From positions 124,001-188,000 of the IMG/VR virus record IMGVR_UViG_3300042516_005475: a DNA stretch of 64,000 nucleotides, one strand, 5' to 3'. Position 1 is the first letter of the stretch; the number at the start of each line of letters is the position of its first letter. The translations under genes were made by a program, and so were the position numbers. Below, one piece after another: positions 19,658-28,844 of this stretch. Below the pieces are notes generated by a model that saw nothing but the letters and a program-made list of their open reading frames with translations, ran no database searches and was not told the DNA's origin.

Positions 19658-19860
19658 TTTATGAATGTTTGTCATGAACTAAAAACCGTTCTTTGGCTCC
19701 CCCCAAGAACAGCAACCAGATCAATAGCCCCACAATTTAATAAATTTAATTAGGTGCTCTGATAATAAAAACTATTCAGATTACCTAAAGCACTATACAA
19801 AAAAAGAACTTGATATTGTTAGTACCAAGTTCTCTGCTCTGTTTACAAAATTAGGATATT

Positions 19861-20796
19861 CTAGTATTGTCTAAAGTTGCTTAAATCAACCTCATTAAGC
19901 TTATAACCAGGAGTTAGTGAGGCAATTGTGCTATTTACTTCATTTAAATAATTAGGTATATTAGTAGCTAACCCCGCCATATTTCCTAATGTCATATACC
20001 AACCTCCAATAACTACAATTTCATTATTAATAATTGTAGAAACAATATTGCCGCTATCTCCAACTATCAAAGGTTCAAAATATTGAGCTCTGTTAGAGTC
20101 TTTGGAAATATTTATTAATGTATTTGTTGATCCGTAAGTAGTATTAAGAAGACCATTTTCACCTATTAATGCTTTTCTTTCTTGATCAGAATATAAAATA
20201 GGAAAATTAATCTCCTTATTAAAATATTTAAGGTAATTGGTTGGCAATACTTTGTATACCTTTAATGAAGCATCAGCTTCTCTATCAAGCTCACCAATCA
20301 ATATATCGGAATTGACGACTTGTTTTGTTTTAATAATTTTATATTCGTAAGAATTATTATTTTTATCTACAAAATAAATAGTTGCTGGCAAAGATGGGTA
20401 TGGAACATGATTAGCTAATAAAACATGTTTTTTAGTTATTAATGTACCACCACCCACCCCACCTAAACCCCAAATACCGCATGAAGTGCCAGTCAAATCT
20501 AAATCTTTAGCCCAACAATTAATATTTCTTGTCCATTTTATAGGGGTCATAGTGAAGCTAGATATGAGATTTTTCTCTTTTCTATCCTTAATTAAATTAT
20601 TAAAGTTAGATGAAATATGAGCAAGCAAGTCAATTTTTTCAATAGCAGGGGTAGGCTTTGAAGGGGTAGTAGTAACTGTCGGAGTAACAGTACTTGATAA
20701 AGAAGGAACAAAAGCTGTATTTTGTTTCTTTGCTTCTATAATAATAGCATCAACTATTTGATTGAGTTGGCTTCTAAGTTTTTCTAGTTCAGTCAT
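19861..20796 (-). CDS. Trypsin/chymotrypsin-fold serine protease
   Basis: GGTLITKKHVLLANH (His), SDILIGEL (Asp), GDSG (Ser). Confidence 0.75.
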   Translation of the reverse strand: MTELEKLRSQLNQIVDAIIIEAKKQNTAFVPSLSSTVTPTVTTTPSKPTPAIEKIDLLAHISSNFNNLIKDRKEKNLISSFTMTPIKWTRNINCWAKDLDLTGTSCGIWGLGGVGGGTLITKKHVLLANHVPYPSLPATIYFVDKNNNSYEYKIIKTKQVVNSDILIGELDREADASLKVYKVLPTNYLKYFNKEINFPILYSDQERKALIGENGLLNTTYGSTNTLINISKDSNRAQYFEPLIVGDSGNIVSTIINNEIVVIGGWYMTLGNMAGLATNIPNYLNEVNSTIASLTPGYKLNEVDLSNFRQY

Positions 20797-20797
20797 A

Positions 20798-20992
20798 TTA
20801 AAAATGCTTTCTTGTTTCGGGGTTGTTAATAAGCTCCTTAAGTTCTTTCAAGGCATCTTCTGGTGAGAACACCTTTAAACCTCTACTGTCTTTATTTTCT
20901 CTCTTCTCTCCATATTTGCTATTTAGTTCTGAAAATACAGATCTAGTTAGCTCGTCATAATATGGATCTCTTATTTTTTCTACGCCAAACAT
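20798..20992 (-). CDS. Small hypothetical protein
   Basis: ORF track. Confidence 0.45.
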   Translation of the reverse strand: MFGVEKIRDPYYDELTRSVFSELNSKYGEKRENKDSRGLKVFSPEDALKELKELINNPETRKHF

Positions 20993-21033
20993 ATGTCTTG
21001 AGAATCTACTTTGAAGCCTATATAATAATATTT

Positions 21034-21240
21034 ATGGCACGCGTAAGCAAAGATGATTTTTACACTAAGAAATCTCACGACAATGAAGAGTCTTTTAAAT
21101 TACATGTAGAATGGCTTACTGGTGGCCGAAACGGTGGAACTTGTCACAGACCTGATATTGTTACTAGAGGTCCCTGTACTCCTTGCGAGTATGTAAAGTT
21201 TTGCTTGTGTCATAGTAAGAACTTAACTAAGAAGAAATGA
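21034..21240 (+). CDS. Small Cys-rich hypothetical protein
   Basis: Start moved to ATG 21034; CxxCxxxxxC near the C-terminus. Confidence 0.5.
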   Translation: MARVSKDDFYTKKSHDNEESFKLHVEWLTGGRNGGTCHRPDIVTRGPCTPCEYVKFCLCHSKNLTKKK

Positions 21241-22196
21241 AAATAGCTTTCCATAGCAATCAACTAGGTCTTAGAGGTACAGAAGTAAGTCTATATAATT
21301 ATGCCCTCTATAATGAAGAGGTATTAGGAAATGAAAGTGTTATCATTACCTTTGAGCATACTAATTTAGAAGCTAAGATGAAGTTCTCTGATAGGTTTGA
21401 AACCTTAGTTGAGCCTTGGAATAAATACGAAGAAGTTTTAAAGTCAAAGCATGTAGATTATCTCTACATGCAAAAAGCTGGTTGGAATGACGGTTACTCT
21501 CTCAGTAACATCCCAACCTTAATCCATTGTGTGTTTAGAGGTTTTCAACCTCATGGTTATAGACATGCTTTTATTTCTGACTATTTAGCAGAAGTAGAAG
21601 GTTATAACCCTAATCTATTTTCAATTCCATACCTTGTAAATGACTTACCTAAGTCTAGCTTCTCACTTAGAGAGCAATTGCATATACCTAGTAAAGACAT
21701 TGTATTAGGTTATCATGGAGGAGAAAATCAATTTAGTATCTCCTATGCTAAGAAAGCTATTGAGAGAGTCTTATGTGTTAGAGATGATATCCAATTTATT
21801 TTTCTCAACATTAAGCCTTGGATTAATCACCCTAAAGCACACTTCTTACCAGGTACTTATAACATGGATTATAAGGCTGCTTTTATAGAAGCCTGTGATG
21901 GTATGATTCATGCTAGAGCAGATGGAGAGACCTTTGGAATGTCAATTGCTGAGTTTGCAGTAAAGGATAAACCAGTAATAACTCAGGGGTTTGCTCCAGA
22001 TTGGTCTCACTTAATGATGCTTAATGATACAGGTATATATTATCATTCAGAAAAGCAGCTATACTGTATTCTAAAAGATTTTGAAAAAGTTGTAGAAGAA
22101 AAAAGAAAAGAGGTAAAGTCTTTTAGCAAGAATTACCTCAAGTATGCAGACCCATCTTATGTGATGGAGAAGTTTAAGTTTGTTTATTTGCAGTAA
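21237..22196 (+). CDS. GT4-family glycosyltransferase
   Basis: RGTEVSLYNYA...ARADGETFGMSIAEF (EX7E). Confidence 0.8.
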   Translation: MKIAFHSNQLGLRGTEVSLYNYALYNEEVLGNESVIITFEHTNLEAKMKFSDRFETLVEPWNKYEEVLKSKHVDYLYMQKAGWNDGYSLSNIPTLIHCVFRGFQPHGYRHAFISDYLAEVEGYNPNLFSIPYLVNDLPKSSFSLREQLHIPSKDIVLGYHGGENQFSISYAKKAIERVLCVRDDIQFIFLNIKPWINHPKAHFLPGTYNMDYKAAFIEACDGMIHARADGETFGMSIAEFAVKDKPVITQGFAPDWSHLMMLNDTGIYYHSEKQLYCILKDFEKVVEEKRKEVKSFSKNYLKYADPSYVMEKFKFVYLQ

Positions 22197-23125
22197 TAGT
22201 CTACTGTCTTCTTTAAATACTCTTCAAAGTTACTCTCTGTAACCTTAGGGTACCAGCCTGTTTCTAGCACGATCTTAGAGCTATCCAAGCTATATCTCTT
22301 GTCGTGTCCCTTTCTATCTTCAACAAAGGTAATAAGGTCTGATTCTCCTTCCATAATATCTAGCAACATATTTACAATGTCTAGATTGCGTTGCTCATTG
22401 CCTGACCCAATATTATAGACATTTCCTGCTTTTCCATTTAATGCAACATTAAACACAGCATGGCAATGATCTTCTACCCAGATCCACTCTCTTATGTTTT
22501 GTCCGTCACCGTAAACGGGTATCTGCTGTTTGTTTTTAATCTTTAAGATTGTATTAGGAATGAACTTCTCTTTGTTCTGGTTAGGTCCGAAGTTATTAGT
22601 ACAGCGAGTAATTCTAACGTCATAATTGTGGGTCTTATAATAAGACAAAGCTATTAGATCAGCAGCAGCCTTAGAAGAAGAATAGATAGAGCTAGGCTTT
22701 ACTTGAGAGTCTTCATCACTGCTAGCCTCTTTCCAACTAAGAGAGCCATAGACCTCATCAGTAGAAACAACAACTGTAGGAATATTATTTTCAAAACCCC
22801 AGTTGACAATGTTAAATGTACCTAGAACGTTAGACTCAATAAATGGTAAGGGAGTCTTAATTGAGTTGTCTACATGAGACTCAGCGGCAAAATGAAATAT
22901 GTAATCGAAGTTCTTTGATACAAAAGATGGCTTTCCGCAGATGTCTTCAATATAGAGCTGATATCTATCTGAGTTTCTATGTCTAGGCTTAATAAAGTTT
23001 TTATTGCTAGCGTAGGTACACTTGTCAATATTAACAACACTTTCTACTAAGTCGTTATCAAGAACATAGTTAATAAAGTTGCTACCTATAAAACCACAAC
23101 CCCCGGTTACCAATATACGTTGCAT
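22184..23125 (-). CDS. rfbB: dTDP-glucose 4,6-dehydratase
   Basis: TGGCGFIGSNF, HFAAESHVDNSI, STDEVYG, YSSSKA, RCTNNFGP, DRKGHDKRYSLD. Confidence 0.95.
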   Translation of the reverse strand: MQRILVTGGCGFIGSNFINYVLDNDLVESVVNIDKCTYASNKNFIKPRHRNSDRYQLYIEDICGKPSFVSKNFDYIFHFAAESHVDNSIKTPLPFIESNVLGTFNIVNWGFENNIPTVVVSTDEVYGSLSWKEASSDEDSQVKPSSIYSSSKAAADLIALSYYKTHNYDVRITRCTNNFGPNQNKEKFIPNTILKIKNKQQIPVYGDGQNIREWIWVEDHCHAVFNVALNGKAGNVYNIGSGNEQRNLDIVNMLLDIMEGESDLITFVEDRKGHDKRYSLDSSKIVLETGWYPKVTESNFEEYLKKTVDYYCK

Positions 23126-23165
23126 CGAACGTACTTAGTAACCAGGGGCATATTTTCAATTTAAC

Positions 23166-23360
23166 TTACCGATAATAATTCTTATACTTTAGATCTTTGC
23201 TATAGGCTTCTCGGCGATCTCCACGGTAGATGTCGATATTACCACTAGGGCCAATACTGACAGACTTAATGTCTTTGCCTTGAACAGTGCGTGTCTGAGT
23301 TCCTTTTTCATTAAAGAAAGCAACATGATCTTTACGAATCTGATAAGAAGTAATAGGCAT
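23166..23360 (-). CDS. Small hypothetical protein
   Basis: ORF track. Confidence 0.5.
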   Translation of the reverse strand: MPITSYQIRKDHVAFFNEKGTQTRTVQGKDIKSVSIGPSGNIDIYRGDRREAYSKDLKYKNYYR

Positions 23361-23366
23361 AGAAAT

Positions 23367-23392
23367 AGCCTAGTATCGCTACTAGGCTTTTT
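23367..23392. terminator. Hairpin terminator between minus-strand genes
   Basis: agcctagta-tcgc-tactaggct followed by T-tract. Confidence 0.6.
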
Positions 23393-23394
23393 GG

Positions 23395-23619
23395 TTATCG
23401 AACAGTGAGACCGTTGCTACGAGCAGCCTCGCGGAGCTCAGCAGCAGCATCACGAGCATCAACACGCTGAGTATAAGACTCAAACTGATTGACGCGCTTC
23501 ACGTACTTAGCAGCCTCAAGGTGGTAAGAACCATCGGTGTGACGAGTGAACTTCATGATCACGGTCTTGGGACGGCTATTGGGACTAAACAATTTAGTGT
23601 CATTCATATCGCCGATCAT
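23395..23619 (-). CDS. Small early hypothetical protein
   Basis: ORF track; C-ending codon bias; TTGAAC/TATAAT upstream on the minus strand. Confidence 0.6.
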   Translation of the reverse strand: MIGDMNDTKLFSPNSRPKTVIMKFTRHTDGSYHLEAAKYVKRVNQFESYTQRVDARDAAAELREAARSNGLTVR

Positions 23620-23685
23620 TATAGACGCTCTGCGCCTAGGTTCAAGGAAAAAGATTCGAAAAGTTTCTGCCTTTTTTTCCTGACT

Positions 23686-23720
23686 TTCCTGTTGCAGATT
23701 CCGGGTGCGGCAGCTATTAT
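23686..23720 (+). promoter_or_regulatory. Sigma70-like promoter with TTCCTG box
   Basis: TTCCTG-TTGCAG-17 nt-TATTAT; ATG at 23730. Confidence 0.75.
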
Positions 23721-23729
23721 AAACGGGTA

Positions 23730-24149
23730 ATGAATGCTAACAATGAAACTGTTGTGAATGTCTCTGACATTTCTGCCACCATCGAAACCATTAAGGCTGT
23801 GAAGTCTATGAATGTCTCTACCGCTACGGTTGGCCGTCCCAAGGGATCTGGCTCCACTCCGAAGCTTGTGTGTATGTTTACGGGAGCTGAGCGCTCTACT
23901 AACCTGACCTATCTCAAGGAGAAGGCAGCTAAGTACAACGTCGATCAATCTCGTATTGTTGAGTCTTACATCTCTAAGCCTGTTCTCAAGGCTCTCCGCG
24001 CAGAGATTAAGGCTGCTAGCGCTGAGGCTGTTACTGAGGATATTGTTGCCAAGGTGCATGCTCAGTTCAATCCTGCTAATGAATGGCAGGCTCCTGAAGT
24101 CAGCGATGTTGTTGATTCTCTTAACTTTAACGGTAAGCATAAGAAGTAA
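23730..24149 (+). CDS. Early protein with AT-hook-like GRPKGS motif; paralog of 29924..30478
   Basis: Shared LxCxxT...YLxxKAxKYNVD...IVxxYIS...LKxLR block. Confidence 0.65.
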   Translation: MNANNETVVNVSDISATIETIKAVKSMNVSTATVGRPKGSGSTPKLVCMFTGAERSTNLTYLKEKAAKYNVDQSRIVESYISKPVLKALRAEIKAASAEAVTEDIVAKVHAQFNPANEWQAPEVSDVVDSLNFNGKHKK

Positions 24150-24187
24150 GAATAATATCGTATTGATATAAATACATATTATTAAAT

Positions 24188-24355
24188 ATGAGCCTAAATC
24201 TAGAAGAATTGTTGGAGCGCTTGCAAAATTATAGCGACTATGAGGGTCCTCTTGATAATAAAAAGATCAAGATCCTTATTGATGGAGAGGTAGTTATCGC
24301 GAAGTCTATTATCGTTGATGACAATAATGAGTTTTTTATTAACTGCGATGAGTAA
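24188..24355 (+). CDS. Small acidic hypothetical protein (55 aa)
   Basis: Manual translation MSLNLEELLERLQ...FINCDE*. Confidence 0.5.
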   Translation: MSLNLEELLERLQNYSDYEGPLDNKKIKILIDGEVVIAKSIIVDDNNEFFINCDE

Positions 24356-24593
24356 TACTGAAAAGGCCTACGAGCAAGTTTACAGTAGGCAGAAACTGGT
24401 TGAGAGTCTTCTCAAGCTTGATGAGTCTAAGCTCGTTAAGAAACTGCAATCCATGAGTGTTGATATTTATATCAACCGATTTGGCCATATTATCTGGGAG
24501 GGTTCGGAAATTGACTATTACGAGCTTCTTGCTGAAGTTGATAGGCTCGTTGAAGACTTGCCTCAAGAAGAGGTAGAAGAATATAGTAAGTAA
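24348..24593 (+). CDS. Hypothetical protein
   Basis: Start moved to ATG 24348; followed by a terminator. Confidence 0.55.
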   Translation: MSNTEKAYEQVYSRQKLVESLLKLDESKLVKKLQSMSVDIYINRFGHIIWEGSEIDYYELLAEVDRLVEDLPQEEVEEYSK

Positions 24594-24600
24594 ACATCAC

Positions 24601-24625
24601 AGGGCGCCTAGAGCGCCCTTTTTTT
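24601..24625 (+). terminator. Rho-independent terminator
   Basis: agggcgc-ctaga-gcgccct followed by T-tract. Confidence 0.85.
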
Positions 24626-25223
24626 ATCTTTTGAGAAAACCAAACAACCCACCACTTTTTCTCAATTCATCTCCTTTTAATGTTGCTAAAAACCATCTAG
24701 GAGATAAAGGGTTCTTTTTCAACGTTTCAACTTCTGCAGTTGTATAATTATCTAAAAAGTAAAGAGTGCTAACTATTGCAAAGCCTCTTCTAGCCTTACA
24801 GATTCTGTTAATATGGAAAATGTCATCTAGAAATACATTTAACTCATCATAATCAAAATAATTCTTTACAACTTCATCGTTGCCATGCTTTTGAATAATA
24901 AACTCTTTATTTTCTGTATCAAAGTAAAATCCGTTGGGTTGGTTATCTTGAGTGAGTTTATTATGCTCTAACCAATTGAGGCTTTGTTCTCTAACTGAAT
25001 AAGTGAATCCTTTATTATAAATTAAGTTCATTACAAAGTTACCGGTAGGGTCTGTAATAGGAAACACTAAATCTTTTTTAATACCGCTAGATTCTGTTGC
25101 GGTAACAATATCTTGAATATTGGATTGCCAATCTTTTCTCTCTTCAGAGCGAGCCAAGAATCTAACATCTTTGCTAGACTTAACAGTTAATTCTTGTAAA
25201 ATGTAATAATTTGTAAAGTCCAT
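24624..25223 (-). CDS. Hypothetical protein, CTS-like N-terminus
   Basis: MDFTNYYILQE. Confidence 0.55.
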   Translation of the reverse strand: MDFTNYYILQELTVKSSKDVRFLARSEERKDWQSNIQDIVTATESSGIKKDLVFPITDPTGNFVMNLIYNKGFTYSVREQSLNWLEHNKLTQDNQPNGFYFDTENKEFIIQKHGNDEVVKNYFDYDELNVFLDDIFHINRICKARRGFAIVSTLYFLDNYTTAEVETLKKNPLSPRWFLATLKGDELRKSGGLFGFLKR

Positions 25224-25224
25224 A

Positions 25225-25815
25225 TTAGATAAAATTAGAGAAGTAGTCTTTAAAATATTTAGGTAAATTTCTGATATCTTCTTTGTTCTTTTCCAAGTTT
25301 GAGGCTATTTTATCAAATGTAGATTCATCTCCCATTCTATAAACATCTCCTAAAAATGCATACTCTTTGCCGTAAGTTTGTACAAAGTAGTTATTTACCT
25401 CTATTAAACTAGCCATTACTGCCTGTAAATCTTTTTCAGGGAATATCTTAGGTACTGCTTTACCATTTAAATAGAACACATTATATCTACCAGCCAAGTA
25501 GGCTGGGTGATTTTTATAGATTTCTCTTTGATTTCTAAATCTCTTTAATGTCTTTTCAGGTATTTCATATTTGAAGCTCTTTGGAAGAGCTTCTGCTGTT
25601 CTAGTAATAATGTAAAACAGATTTAAAAAACCGCTATCGTTTTTAGAAGGATTACCTAAGAAATATTGTATACTTGCATAATTGGAACTATTGCTTCTGG
25701 CTATATTAGCTTTGATGCTTTTATCATAATTAGCAGCGGTAAGAGGTTTTCCAAAATTACCTGCTACGAGCTTTAAAGCTCCTTCATATATTAGACATAG
25801 ATCCTGGAATCTCAT
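25225..25815 (-). CDS. Hypothetical protein, CTS-like N-terminus
   Basis: Start moved to ATG 25815 (MRFQDLCLIYE). Confidence 0.6.
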   Translation of the reverse strand: MRFQDLCLIYEGALKLVAGNFGKPLTAANYDKSIKANIARSNSSNYASIQYFLGNPSKNDSGFLNLFYIITRTAEALPKSFKYEIPEKTLKRFRNQREIYKNHPAYLAGRYNVFYLNGKAVPKIFPEKDLQAVMASLIEVNNYFVQTYGKEYAFLGDVYRMGDESTFDKIASNLEKNKEDIRNLPKYFKDYFSNFI

Positions 25816-25828
25816 AAATATATTTATG
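25813..25828. promoter_or_regulatory. Palindromic bidirectional late promoter
   Basis: Perfect 16-bp palindrome CATAAATATATTTATG containing both divergent ATGs and ATAAATA on each strand. Confidence 0.75.
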
Positions 25829-26485
25829 TCTATTAGACTTTTAAAAGAGGCTCCTGATGATTTAAAGATCAACAACTTACATTACTCTTTTAGAACACCA
25901 CCATTCCTATCATTTCACGTAGTAACAGCAGCAGAACAACGAGTAGCCTTTTATACAATTAACAAGGTACATAACTACCTTATTCAGACATTCAAAGAAT
26001 TTCTAGTAAAAGCTTTAAATGCGTATAACTTTGTAGAAGTAAAAGATGGAAGATATTCGGGCAAGTATAAGTTTAATCTTGTTCAATTCAATCAACTAAC
26101 TGAACAAGCTAAGCAAAAGCTACAAGAGGCTGGTATAGAAATAGTAGAGTTGAACAACCATAAGTTCTCTATCTACGACATCTTTTACTTTTTAGATGCA
26201 TATAACAATCGTAAAGATGTTTATATGGGTGGAAGAATATGGGATAGAGCAACGATTATTAATGAACCGTCTCAGTGGGTTAACTATCTAGCATGCTCTA
26301 TCTACAAGGTAGAGTACGGTTTCTTTAAAGAAGAGCAAACAAAAAAGACTCTCTACAAGATTTGTCAGAGAGCCTATGAGAAACAAGAGATGTTTACAGA
26401 GAACTTAGCCAGTACAAAGATGTTTGTTGAATATGATGAAGTACCAACATTTACATTGGATTTAGCTCCTATAGTTAACCGTTAA
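25826..26485 (+). CDS. Hypothetical protein, CTS-like N-terminus
   Basis: MSIRLLKEA. Confidence 0.6.
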   Translation: MSIRLLKEAPDDLKINNLHYSFRTPPFLSFHVVTAAEQRVAFYTINKVHNYLIQTFKEFLVKALNAYNFVEVKDGRYSGKYKFNLVQFNQLTEQAKQKLQEAGIEIVELNNHKFSIYDIFYFLDAYNNRKDVYMGGRIWDRATIINEPSQWVNYLACSIYKVEYGFFKEEQTKKTLYKICQRAYEKQEMFTENLASTKMFVEYDEVPTFTLDLAPIVNR

Positions 26486-26708
26486 TTACGTTTTTAGAGC
26501 AGTTCTTGCTGAGTACCAATATCTCATCAAGAGTTTCCTTGACTCTGATGCCAGTATTATTAGTCCAGCGAGTATTAATAACACTGTGCTTGCCGCTAGG
26601 ACTAGGCTCAATACTAACGATAGTATCAAGATTAAAAAGAACAGGTGTATAGTTTCTAGAGTTATCATGCGAGAGGTCTAACTGATTGAGCTTTACAAAA
26701 TGAGCCAT
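26475..26708 (-). CDS. Small hypothetical protein (flagellar FlbD-like beta pattern)
   Basis: FVKL...VLFNLDTIVSIE...VKETLDEI. Confidence 0.5.
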   Translation of the reverse strand: MAHFVKLNQLDLSHDNSRNYTPVLFNLDTIVSIEPSPSGKHSVINTRWTNNTGIRVKETLDEILVLSKNCSKNVING

Positions 26709-26743
26709 ATGGTTATTATATTGTTTATCTCATAAATATCCAT

Positions 26744-28036
26744 ATGAGAGGATGGAATTATATCCGCGAGAATTTAGAGACAAGACTGCCTATTATCCAG
26801 CAGCAAAACCCTAACGTCTCAGAACAAGAAATAAGAAGTATTAATAAACTAGGAGACCCTACAGGAGATAAGGCAACATTTACCCCATGGCTAGTAAGAA
26901 TGTTTACTAAAGGGGATTTAAAGACTGGGCAATATGGTAACATCAAGGAGATACTTTCCACCTTTCAACAATATGTTAACAGAAATATTATTAATGGAAA
27001 ATTCAGAGATATTAACTCTTATAAGAGTGTTGGAGATTTAAAAAGTACCATTTATGAGACCGCTGATAACTTTATTAATAACGTTTTACCAAAAAATATA
27101 TTGCAGTACAGAGTAAATATCAACCCTCAAACAATTATCAGCCTATTATCCGCAGATCCTACAGGTGCAAAAGCTAAATACTTACCATTTATTTTAGATA
27201 ATTACATTTCAGGAAAAATAGTTAGAGTAATGTATGAGGAAGATCTTCCAAAAATAAGAGAAGCCTTGAAGCACTATGATCACATGGTTAAAACTGGGCA
27301 ATTAAGCGCTGATGAGATTTTAGATTGGGATATCCATGACTTGTTTTTCAATGTTGAGAAAAAGAGGGGCAAGCAGCCTCTTGATGCATCTATATTAAAG
27401 TCTTTATCACAGGTCCAAATTGATAGCGCAGAGATTGATGGGAGAAATTATTCTTTCTATAAATTATCAAGAAAGAACATTGATCTTTTAGTTGAGGTAT
27501 CTCAAGATACTAACTGGTGTGTAAAGCAGGAGAGAACAGCTGATTATTATTTCTCTGGTTTATATAACGATTTAAATTTCTTTATTGTTATTACTAGCAA
27601 TAATATACCAGCCTATTTGGTTCATTATGCTACTCTTCAATTTAAAGACTCATTAGATGAAAGAGTAAAGAATAAAGACCTAGCAAGAAAGATATTAGGT
27701 AAATTATATTCAAATAATATTATGGAGCCTTGGGATAATATTTTTGATGCTAATAAAGAGAAGTTAATAAGTGTACCATTCTTTAGAATGACATATGAGG
27801 GTACATTAAAACATTATATAGAATCTTTTAAAAAGAATGAATTTAGCAAGCGAGAAGCCTCACCTTTGATAGTTAAGAATACTAAATACAACTACCCCAT
27901 GTTTGCTGAACTGTATAGTGACTTTACTGCTGTGTTAGATAATGAAGAGAGAGCAAAGTTTAAAGATCAGTGCAAAGTGTTTATAAACTCTTTACCTGAT
28001 GCTGAGCTAAGAAGTCAAATAGATATACTTTATTAA
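26744..28036 (+). CDS. Hypothetical phage protein with duplicated DPTG module and WCV motif
   Basis: GDPTGDKATFTPWL and ADPTGAKAKYLPFI repeats; DTNWCV. Confidence 0.6.
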   Translation: MRGWNYIRENLETRLPIIQQQNPNVSEQEIRSINKLGDPTGDKATFTPWLVRMFTKGDLKTGQYGNIKEILSTFQQYVNRNIINGKFRDINSYKSVGDLKSTIYETADNFINNVLPKNILQYRVNINPQTIISLLSADPTGAKAKYLPFILDNYISGKIVRVMYEEDLPKIREALKHYDHMVKTGQLSADEILDWDIHDLFFNVEKKRGKQPLDASILKSLSQVQIDSAEIDGRNYSFYKLSRKNIDLLVEVSQDTNWCVKQERTADYYFSGLYNDLNFFIVITSNNIPAYLVHYATLQFKDSLDERVKNKDLARKILGKLYSNNIMEPWDNIFDANKEKLISVPFFRMTYEGTLKHYIESFKKNEFSKREASPLIVKNTKYNYPMFAELYSDFTAVLDNEERAKFKDQCKVFINSLPDAELRSQIDILY

Positions 28037-28212
28037 TCTCTAACCCAGGCTGTTTTAGAACACTCTGGGCAAATGCAAATTGAGATTGAATCACTTTGAT
28101 GCCAGGCTTTTACGTCCCAGCCATCAAAATATGCTTCTTTAATTGAGCGAAAAACAATTGACTTTTCACATTCAGAGCATTTAACTTGTACCTTATTAGA
28201 TGTTTCTGTCAT
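28033..28212 (-). CDS. Small zinc-ribbon protein (59 aa)
   Basis: Manual translation containing CSEC...CPEC. Confidence 0.55.
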   Translation of the reverse strand: MTETSNKVQVKCSECEKSIVFRSIKEAYFDGWDVKAWHQSDSISICICPECSKTAWVRD

Positions 28213-28520
28213 TTTAGACCATTTTCATTTTTACCAACATAGCGCAAATACATGAGGATCTCTCTTGGAACAGCACCAAAGAGGTACTCTTTCATAAATT
28301 GTATCTTCTGATAGGCATCATAAAATCTAGAGTTAGCAATCATCTCAAACAAGTCCAACAAGAACTTAGTATCATCAATAATACCAGCTCTACGAGCAAA
28401 GCTAGCTCTGTTAGAGTAAACCGTCAAATTGTATTGTTGGATGTTACTAAAAAACTTATCCATAGCTATGTTAAGCTGCTCTTTACTTAGATTCATACTA
28501 ATATGTATTAGGTGTATCAA
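28209..28520 (-). CDS. Hypothetical protein
   Basis: ORF track. Confidence 0.45.
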   Translation of the reverse strand: MIHLIHISMNLSKEQLNIAMDKFFSNIQQYNLTVYSNRASFARRAGIIDDTKFLLDLFEMIANSRFYDAYQKIQFMKEYLFGAVPREILMYLRYVGKNENGLK

Positions 28521-28547
28521 AATATCAAGCCTAGAATAAATAACTAT

Positions 28548-28844
28548 ATGAGCTTTGATAGTTTAGTAACAATTTTAGAGCAAGAACATGGCCCAATAAG
28601 AATTCTTTGCTATGATAAAATGCACAAGAGAATTGTTATAGATAAGAAGTGTCACTTCAGCCCATTTAAAGTAGAACAAATGGTTAACTATATCAAAGAC
28701 GATCCAGATTTCCAAATGAAGATTGGTGAAGTTATTGACTATCCATTTGGACATCAACATGTACAAACAAAAGGGTCAACTAAGATGATGACCATAGATG
28801 ACCCTAACAGCTTGTTTAAGATTAAAGCTATTCTTAAGCAGTAA
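28548..28844 (+). CDS. Hypothetical protein, CTS-like N-terminus
   Basis: Start moved to ATG 28548 (MSFDSLVTILE); ATAAATA at 28536. Confidence 0.55.
   Translation: MSFDSLVTILEQEHGPIRILCYDKMHKRIVIDKKCHFSPFKVEQMVNYIKDDPDFQMKIGEVIDYPFGHQHVQTKGSTKMMTIDDPNSLFKIKAILKQ

Noticed and set aside
19660-19860. 200-bp non-coding stretch after tRNA-Gly as an ncRNA
   Set aside because: Only weak short hairpins (GTTCTT/AAGAAC, TAGGT/ACCTA); compatible with a convergent terminator/UTR region.
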